This document shows positions 57,312-64,000 of a stretch of 64,000 nt of DNA, piece by piece. A program made the translations under genes and the position numbers. Where the stretch lies: the NCBI GenBank assembly GCA_963796685.1, contig CAWCMR010000011.1, forward strand, positions 128,001-192,000, read 5' to 3'. The notes beneath the pieces are model-generated. The model was not told where the DNA came from, did no database searches, and saw only the letters and a program-made list of their open reading frames with translations. The stretch comes from an uncultured delta proteobacterium. GTDB lineage: Bacteria; Myxococcota_A; Polyangia; Fen-1088. Position 1 is the stretch's first letter. Every line of letters begins with the position of its first letter.

Positions 57312-59118
57312 ATGTTGCGTGTTTCCACAGCGTTCGTCCTTTCTGGCTGTCTATGTCTAGGCGGTCTGGGTTGTAACCAAGCGACTCCGAGTGGATCGGG
57401 GGGAAGCGGCGGTTCGTCGAGTCACGGCGGGTCTTCCGGCAATGGCGGTTCGTCGAGCAACGGCGGGTCGTCGGGCAACGGCGGTTCGTCGAGCAACGGC
57501 GGGTCGTCGGGCAACGGCGGCTCTTCCGCGAGCGGCGGGTCGTCAGCCAAGGGTGGCAGCGGTGGGGCGGCGGGCAGCGGCGGGTCCTCGAGTGGTGGAT
57601 CGGGCGGCGGAAAAGGCGGCAGTGGCGGGTCGTCGGCCAAGGGCGGCAGCGGCGGAGTCTCCACCAGCGGCGGCACGAGTGGCGGATCCTCGGGCAGCGG
57701 TGGGAAGGGTGGCAGTGGCGGTTCCTCGGGCGGGGGTGGATCGGCCGGAAATGGCGGATCCTCGGGCTCCGGCGGCTCGGGCGCCGGGGGTGGCTCGGGA
57801 ACGTCCGTCTCGTGTACGTTCACGCAGTCGTCCTCGACGAGCGCGAAGATCGCGACCGTCGGCATCGTCAAATGGTCCACGACCCTGTCGAGCATGACCT
57901 CGGCGCACATCGATTTCGGGCTCGACACGAGCTACGGAATGACCGCGCCGATCGACAATCCCGGAACAGGCACCGTGACGACCCTGCTGCTCGGGATGAA
58001 GCAGTCGAAGACCTACCACTACCGGATCACCGCGACGAACAGCAGCGGCGACTGCGCGAGCAGCGACTACACGATTGCCACCGGCACGCTGGCGAGTGGT
58101 TTGCCGAAGATCTCGGTCACCACCAACAACAAGTCGGGCCTCTACGGTGGCTTCTTGATCACCGGTCAGTACCTGCAAAGCGGCGGCGGATCGCCTTCCT
58201 ACATCCTCGACGCCGACGGGGATATGGTGTGGGCCTTCAGTACCAGCAAGGACGTGACCGGGGCGGCGATGGACTACGCCGGGACGCACATGTGGATCAA
58301 CAGCGCCAACGTGCCGTGTGGCACGACCAGCGTGCACCGTGTGGCGATGGACGGCTCGACGGACGAGGATCTCGTCCTCCCACTTCACGGGACTCAACCA
58401 CCAGCTCACGGTCTTGCCCGATGAGACGGTGGCCTTCTACGCCTACCCGATGTCGGGGAGCCAGTGCCCGGGCATGACCAGTGGCTGCGACGACATCAAG
58501 GAATACTCGCCGAGTGGAGCCACCAAGACGATCGTGAACTCGGGCACCGCCGAGGGCACCAGCCCCACAGCGTGCCACTGCAACAACATCCAGTACTCCA
58601 AGGCCGACGACACCTTGGTCTTCTCCGATCTCGACAACCAGGTCGTGGTGAAGGTCAAGCGCAGCGACGGGTCGGTCGTATGGAGGCTCAACGGGAGCAA
58701 GTCCACCTTCACCGGTACCACCTCGCCGATCTGGAAGGGCGGCGAGCACGGGCTTCACGTCCTGGGGCTCGACGACCTCCTGATTTTCAACAACAACAGC
58801 AGGAACGTCGCCGGGAGCTTTGCCTCGGCGGGTGGCGACGGAAGCGGCTCGATCGCAACCGAGTTCAAGCTCGATCTGACCGGGAACAAGGTCTCTCAGA
58901 TTTGGTCGTACAAATCGTCCGACGGTATCCAGAACGACGTCATGGGCGATGTGCAGCGGCTTCCCAACGGCAACACGATCGTCGCGTACTCGACCCAGGG
59001 GGTGCTCCACGAGGTCGATTCGAGTGGCACGCTTCTTCAGGAGTTGAATTGGCCCCTCGGTGCATCCTTTGGCTATGTTCAGAAGCGTGCCAGCCTGTAC
59101 GGGTCGCCACCCAGGTAG
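57312..59118 (+). CDS. Aryl-sulfate sulfotransferase-like lipoprotein with Gly/Ser linker, frameshift at ~58373
   Basis: Lipobox GLGC, FN3-like TYHYRITA, ILDADGDMVW, HCNNIQY, EHGLH and GDVQRLPNGNT motifs split over two frames. Confidence 0.7.
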
Positions 59119-59149
59119 GTATCCACATTTCATTTCGGAGGCTCTTTTC

Positions 59150-60169
59150 ATGAAGAATCAATCCATCCTTTTCCTCGTCCCGTTCCTTGCGCTCGCGGCA
59201 CCGGCTTGTAGCGGTGGCGGAGGCGGCGGGAACGGAGGAAGCGGTGGCGGAGGTGGCAGCGGAACTTGCAGTGGGACCACGCTGATGGCAAGTACGGCGC
59301 ACGACTACGGGTTCACGAGCACGCTGACGTTTCCCCCGGTGAAGGTCAAGCCGATGACCAATCTGACGTTCGACTGGGGGAGCGTGACCACGGATTTCCT
59401 TGGCCATGACATCGATCCTAAGAAGGACCTCAACACCATCTTGGTTCTCATGTGGAAGCTCACGCTGCCCGACCTCCAGACCAAGCTGAACGCCGATTCT
59501 CTTCAGCAGCGCGATCTCGTAACCCTGCCCTTGCAGTACGCCACCGACGGCAACAACACGTCGGCGAAGCTCCTGGACTTCACGAACAGCGGCAACCCCG
59601 ATGCCACCACCATCCTCTCGTTCCTGGACGCGACCCAGTACGACCCGACCAAGTTCACCTATACGCTGATGGCGGCCACGGGCAATACGCTCGGCGAGGG
59701 GACCAAGATGATCCAGTCCTTCCAGGTCGACCCCTCTTCTTCGAACACGGCCGTTACGATGACGACGGATTCTACCCAGCTCACCTACACCGCGGATCTG
59801 CACAGCCTGACACCGACCGAGATCCCCGCGGGACAAGCGGGCATCACGCTCGATTGGAGCCAGATGACCAAGAACGCGCTTGGCAACGACTTCGTCGTAT
59901 CCAACATCACGAGAGCCCTCGTTGGTCACTACACCCAGACTCCCACCGAGATCGAGAGCCAATTCCTCGACATCGAGTTGATTGCGACCAAGCTCTACCA
60001 GGGTGATATCGGCACGGGAACCTCCGTCAACTTCTCGTCTCTGAAGACGGACGGTGGCGAGTCCTTCCAGGGAATCGACGATACCGGCACCTGGATGGTG
60101 GCGCTTCAGTGTGGCGGCTGCCGCAATCCCGCGCCCTGGTACCTGACCATCCTCAAGCCCTGCCAGTAG
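59150..60169 (+). CDS. Hypothetical lipoprotein
   Basis: GGAGG RBS, lipobox APAC, internal duplication (FDWGSVTTDFLG / LDWSQMTKNALG), terminal C..C.NPAPWYL. Confidence 0.75.
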   Translation: MKNQSILFLVPFLALAAPACSGGGGGGNGGSGGGGGSGTCSGTTLMASTAHDYGFTSTLTFPPVKVKPMTNLTFDWGSVTTDFLGHDIDPKKDLNTILVLMWKLTLPDLQTKLNADSLQQRDLVTLPLQYATDGNNTSAKLLDFTNSGNPDATTILSFLDATQYDPTKFTYTLMAATGNTLGEGTKMIQSFQVDPSSSNTAVTMTTDSTQLTYTADLHSLTPTEIPAGQAGITLDWSQMTKNALGNDFVVSNITRALVGHYTQTPTEIESQFLDIELIATKLYQGDIGTGTSVNFSSLKTDGGESFQGIDDTGTWMVALQCGGCRNPAPWYLTILKPCQ

Positions 60170-60177
60170 GGCTCTCG

Positions 60178-62514
60178 CTACCGGCGCTTGAGGAAGCGCG
60201 GGGTCAGGCGCAGCAACACGGACGGGAGGAAGGCCACGGTCGCCGCGCTGCTGGTGACCATGGTCAGGGCCACCAGCACGCCGAGCTGAACGTGGACCTT
60301 GAATCCCGAGAAGGTCAAGCACAGGTAGCCCCCCGCCACGGCGCTGGCCACGTAGGCAATGGCTTTGCCCGACGTGGTCAGGGCGATCGCCGTGGCCTCG
60401 CGCAGGTCGCCGCTGCGCTGGAATTCCTCGCGCACGCGAAAGATGAAGTAGACGGCGTAGTCCGCGCCGATGCCGACCGCCATGGCGGAGATTGCGGCCG
60501 TTCCCATGGACAGCGGGATTCCGGTCCAGCCCATGAGGCCGAGGTTCACCAGCGCCGCGGTGGCCAGCGGCAAGAGCACGAGTAACCCGCCGGCGAACGA
60601 GCGCAGCAAGAACGACGTGATGACGACGACCAGGATCGAGATCTGGATGAGGTTGATGGTCTTGCCCCGTACCATGGTCTCGTTCAGCGCGATGGCGTTG
60701 GTCACGCCGCCGCCGACGCGCGCCTTGACCGGCAGCCCGACGAACAGCCGCTCGGCCTCCGCGCTGGTCGCCACCACCAGGGCCTTCATGGCCCGGTAGT
60801 CATCCGTGCGCAAATAGGTGGTGATCACGGCGTTCTGAAAGTCGTGATCCACGAGACGGCTCAAATCCTTGTCGTCCCCGCCCATCGAGTAGAGCAACAG
60901 ATACTGCGCGACGCCTTGAACGGTATCCGGGAGAGTGCCCGGGCCGCCGTTGTTCAAGACCAGGCTCATTTGCTTGAACAGGTCGACGATGGACACGACC
61001 TTGCCGATGGGCAGCGGTTGCTTGGCGATGAAGGTCCCGAGCTGGTCGATCCGGTGCAGGACCTCGGGGTTCTTGATGGTGTCTGGGGCGTTGCCTTCGA
61101 TCAGCACCTGGATGACGCGCGTGCCGGCCAGGCGGGAATCGGCCATGCGGAAGCCGTGGATGGGGGCGTTGCTTTCGAAGAACTGGGCCCCGAGGCTGTT
61201 GTTGGTATCGAGACGCTCGACCCCGACCAGGGCGACGAGGATGAGACACACGAACACCCAGAAGATGGGACGCTCTTTGCCTCTGCGGATGATGCTCGCC
61301 AGCTTCTCCAGGATGGGGTCGAAGTACTCTTCGCGCTTCTCGCGCTCGGTTTGCTTGGGCGAGGGCGGCGAAAGCAGGATGCGCATGGCCGGGATGAACG
61401 TCATCTCGACGGTGAGCGCGGCCAGGATGCCGAAGGCCGTACACAGGCCGAAGTTCTTGATCGACGGCAAGCCGAAGGCGGCCAGCGAGCCGAAGCTGAG
61501 CGACGCGATGGTGCCCGCGGCGAGCATGACCACGCCGACCTTGGTGGTGGCCTCGATGACTGCGAGCCGGTTGTGCTCGACCGGCGACAGCTCGGGATGG
61601 GCCACCTTGGCACGACTGTATTCCTCGTAGTAGCGCTTGAGGATCTGCACCGAGTGTCCGGCGCCGATGGCCAGCAGCAGGATCGGGGTCATGATGTTCC
61701 ACGGATCCATGGGCGCCCCGATGAGCCCCATCAGGCCCAGCGCCCAGATCACGCCCATGATGGCCGTGACCAAGGGAACGATCATGCCCTGCAGGGTTCG
61801 AAAGGCGCGGTAGTGAAGATAGCCGATCATGCCGAGAGCCAAGAGGAAGAGCCCGGCCACGCGACGCGTGTAGATGAGCAGCCAGTAGAGGATGGTGACC
61901 GCGCCGGCGGGAAGGATCTCGAGCCCGGGCTCGCGCTCGGGCGCGACGATGCTCTCGATCCGGCCGTAGAGGTGCTTGGCGCCACCGGCCTTCTCGAAGT
62001 CGTCGAAGTCGACCAGGACCGAGGTCGCCCGGCCGTCGTCGCTGACCAGAAGGCTGGTGATGAAGGCGTTCGCCTTCACGCGCTCGCGAAAGGCGGCCAT
62101 CTCGGCATCCGTCTCGGGAACCTTGCTCGCCAGCGGCGTGATTTGTAGCGCGTCGTCGGTGCTGTGCACGTCCTTCACCCGGGGCGACATCAGGGACAGC
62201 ACGCTGCCCTCCTTGACGCCGGGCAGGCGCGCGAGCTCCTCGGTCACGCGTTTCACCTTGGCCAGAATCTTCGGCGTATAGATGGTTCCGCTCGACGGAT
62301 AGAAGCCGACGACGGTCATGTACTTGCCGCCGAACAGCTTCTCGACCCGCTTGCCAACCACCACCAGCGGATGGCCGGGCGGAATCTGGGAATCGATGTC
62401 CAGCATCAGATGCAATCGCGTGATGAAGAAGCCGAGCGTCAGGGTGACGGCCATGACGGCTGCAATCACAGTTTTCGGACGGCTCACGAGGGATGTCACA
62501 TAACGGCGCAGCAT
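60178..62514 (-). CDS. MMPL/RND-family transporter
   Basis: Two TM repeats with periplasmic loops, GIGADYAVY and TSGKAI motifs. Confidence 0.9.
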   Translation of the reverse strand: MLRRYVTSLVSRPKTVIAAVMAVTLTLGFFITRLHLMLDIDSQIPPGHPLVVVGKRVEKLFGGKYMTVVGFYPSSGTIYTPKILAKVKRVTEELARLPGVKEGSVLSLMSPRVKDVHSTDDALQITPLASKVPETDAEMAAFRERVKANAFITSLLVSDDGRATSVLVDFDDFEKAGGAKHLYGRIESIVAPEREPGLEILPAGAVTILYWLLIYTRRVAGLFLLALGMIGYLHYRAFRTLQGMIVPLVTAIMGVIWALGLMGLIGAPMDPWNIMTPILLLAIGAGHSVQILKRYYEEYSRAKVAHPELSPVEHNRLAVIEATTKVGVVMLAAGTIASLSFGSLAAFGLPSIKNFGLCTAFGILAALTVEMTFIPAMRILLSPPSPKQTEREKREEYFDPILEKLASIIRRGKERPIFWVFVCLILVALVGVERLDTNNSLGAQFFESNAPIHGFRMADSRLAGTRVIQVLIEGNAPDTIKNPEVLHRIDQLGTFIAKQPLPIGKVVSIVDLFKQMSLVLNNGGPGTLPDTVQGVAQYLLLYSMGGDDKDLSRLVDHDFQNAVITTYLRTDDYRAMKALVVATSAEAERLFVGLPVKARVGGGVTNAIALNETMVRGKTINLIQISILVVVITSFLLRSFAGGLLVLLPLATAALVNLGLMGWTGIPLSMGTAAISAMAVGIGADYAVYFIFRVREEFQRSGDLREATAIALTTSGKAIAYVASAVAGGYLCLTFSGFKVHVQLGVLVALTMVTSSAATVAFLPSVLLRLTPRFLKRR

Positions 62515-62691
62515 GACGGGTTCATGCAAATTCGCACGGACCTTGGTCACGCAGCAAGGGCAATTGCGGTGGATTTCTGTGCTATTCGTGGCTGTGTTCT
62601 ACGATCGGCGCGACAATTCCCGCGGTTGACAATGGGCGGAACAGAGGACCAGACTCGGGTGGTTTCCTTTCGTTGCTCAAGGAGGTTTCCG

Positions 62692-63888
62692 ATGCGAACG
62701 ATCCGGACCTCGCGACAGCGCGTTTGGCAGCGGTCCTTGGTTTTGATGGCCTCCGCCGGTATCGCATGTAGCTCGTCGGGTACGCAATCGGGCTCGCAAG
62801 GTACCGGAGGGGGATCGAGCTCGGGTGGCTTGGGGGGCAATGGCGGCGCAACTGGAAGCAGCGGTGGAGCCGGGAGCGGTGGTGGAGTGGGGAGCGGCGG
62901 ATTCGGAAGCGGTGGCGGTGGCGGTGGTGGCATCGGGACCGGCGGTGGCATCGGGACCGGCGGCGCGACTGGAACAGGTGGTAAGACCGGAACGGGTGGC
63001 GTTGCAGGAAGCGGCGGTGTTGTCGGAAGCGGCGGTGCTGTCGGAACTGGCGGCGTCGTCGGCTCCGGCGGTGTTGCGAGCGGTGGTGTCGTGGGAACGG
63101 GTGGCAAGAGTGGCAACGGGGGCGGCTCCGGAACCGGGGGTGGCTCCGGCGCAGGCGCGAAACCCAGCGCAGGCTGCAACGCGGCCACCACCCCGGCCGG
63201 CGGTCACGCCACCATCGACGTATCGGGCACCACCCGCGAGTACATCCTCACCCTTCCGGCCAACTATGATTCGAGCCATCCCTACCGCCTCATCCTCGCC
63301 TTTCACGGACGTCAGTACGACGCCCAATCGGTCGCGGATGGCGGCCCGCCAGGCAGCGGCCCTTACTACGGTATCCAGGCCGAGGCCAAGGACACTGCGA
63401 TCTTCGTCGCCCCGCAGGCAACCAGCTCGAGTTGGAGCAGCAGTGATGTGGCCTACGTCAAAGCGATGGTCGCTCTCTTCGAGTCCCAGTTGTGCATCGA
63501 CCAGAACCGCGTCTTCGCGACCGGGTTCAGCATGGGCGCCATCATGACCATTACCCTCGGGTGCGGCGTCGCGGATGTCTTTCGCGCCATTGCGCCCATG
63601 TCGGGAGAGATCTCGGGGACCTGCAGCGGCACGCAGCCCATCGCCTACTGGGCCTCGCACGGCACGAGCGATCCGACCATCAACATTTCCCTTGGGGAAG
63701 CCGCCCGCGACGCCTTCGTGACCCGCAACCACTGCACCACCCAGACCGTCGCCGGCAGCCCCGCGGGCTGCGTGAGCTACCAGGGCTGCGACGCCGGCTA
63801 CCCCGTCACGTGGTGTCCCTTCGACGGTGTGCACGAGCCCGCGCCCTTTGCCGGCACGGCCATCTGGGCGTTCCTTTCGCAATTCTAG
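62692..63888 (+). CDS. PHB-depolymerase/CE1-type esterase lipoprotein with Gly-rich linker
   Basis: LAFHG, FVAPQ, CIDQNRVFATGFSMG (GxSxG), HGTSD and FDGVH motifs. Confidence 0.85.
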   Translation: MRTIRTSRQRVWQRSLVLMASAGIACSSSGTQSGSQGTGGGSSSGGLGGNGGATGSSGGAGSGGGVGSGGFGSGGGGGGGIGTGGGIGTGGATGTGGKTGTGGVAGSGGVVGSGGAVGTGGVVGSGGVASGGVVGTGGKSGNGGGSGTGGGSGAGAKPSAGCNAATTPAGGHATIDVSGTTREYILTLPANYDSSHPYRLILAFHGRQYDAQSVADGGPPGSGPYYGIQAEAKDTAIFVAPQATSSSWSSSDVAYVKAMVALFESQLCIDQNRVFATGFSMGAIMTITLGCGVADVFRAIAPMSGEISGTCSGTQPIAYWASHGTSDPTINISLGEAARDAFVTRNHCTTQTVAGSPAGCVSYQGCDAGYPVTWCPFDGVHEPAPFAGTAIWAFLSQF

Positions 63889-64000
63889 CTAGAGCTTGTC
63901 GGGAAATTCACGGGGCCAATCGCGATGTCGGGCCATCCCACGCCGCCAGCGCTGCCAACTTCCCGATTTTTCTCGTAGGGGACCACTCCCGCCCGTTTTC

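Noticed and set aside
57400-57800. Tandem DNA repeats (18-nt units) as a non-coding element
   Set aside because: They encode the Gly/Ser linker (NGGSSS/G) of a lipoprotein. The same applies to 62800-63150.

Overview
GC-rich bacterial chromosome segment, most likely Myxococcota/Polyangia (inferred from VWA, FG-GAP and Gly/Cys-rich lipoproteins and a Hanks kinase). The left core block holds the ffh 5' end, rsmE-prmA, rpsU, nadK and recN. The right core block holds pqqABCDE, a probable 6S RNA, ygfA, rny, pfkA and an MMPL transporter. Between them lies about 40 kb of accessory DNA. Its centre (~21.5-39 kb) is a conflict/defence hotspot. It contains a Ser/Thr kinase fused to a DUF6036-like nucleotidyltransferase, a mosaic of intact, frameshifted and chimeric toxin-antitoxin genes, and a deaminase-HATPase_c_4-HTH fusion. 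It also contains a helical-protein gene broken by an 80-nt double-hairpin insertion and followed by G-rich 42-bp tandem repeats. The best candidate for an undescribed system is a tightly coupled 4-gene operon: MORC/GHKL-ATPase-histidine-kinase fusion, receiver protein, DUF2290-like protein and N6-adenine DNA methyltransferase, with no recognisable restriction nuclease. Several single-base frameshifts, including one in recN, suggest assembly indel errors, so pseudogene calls are provisional. Family assignments come from motif recognition by eye, not database searches.
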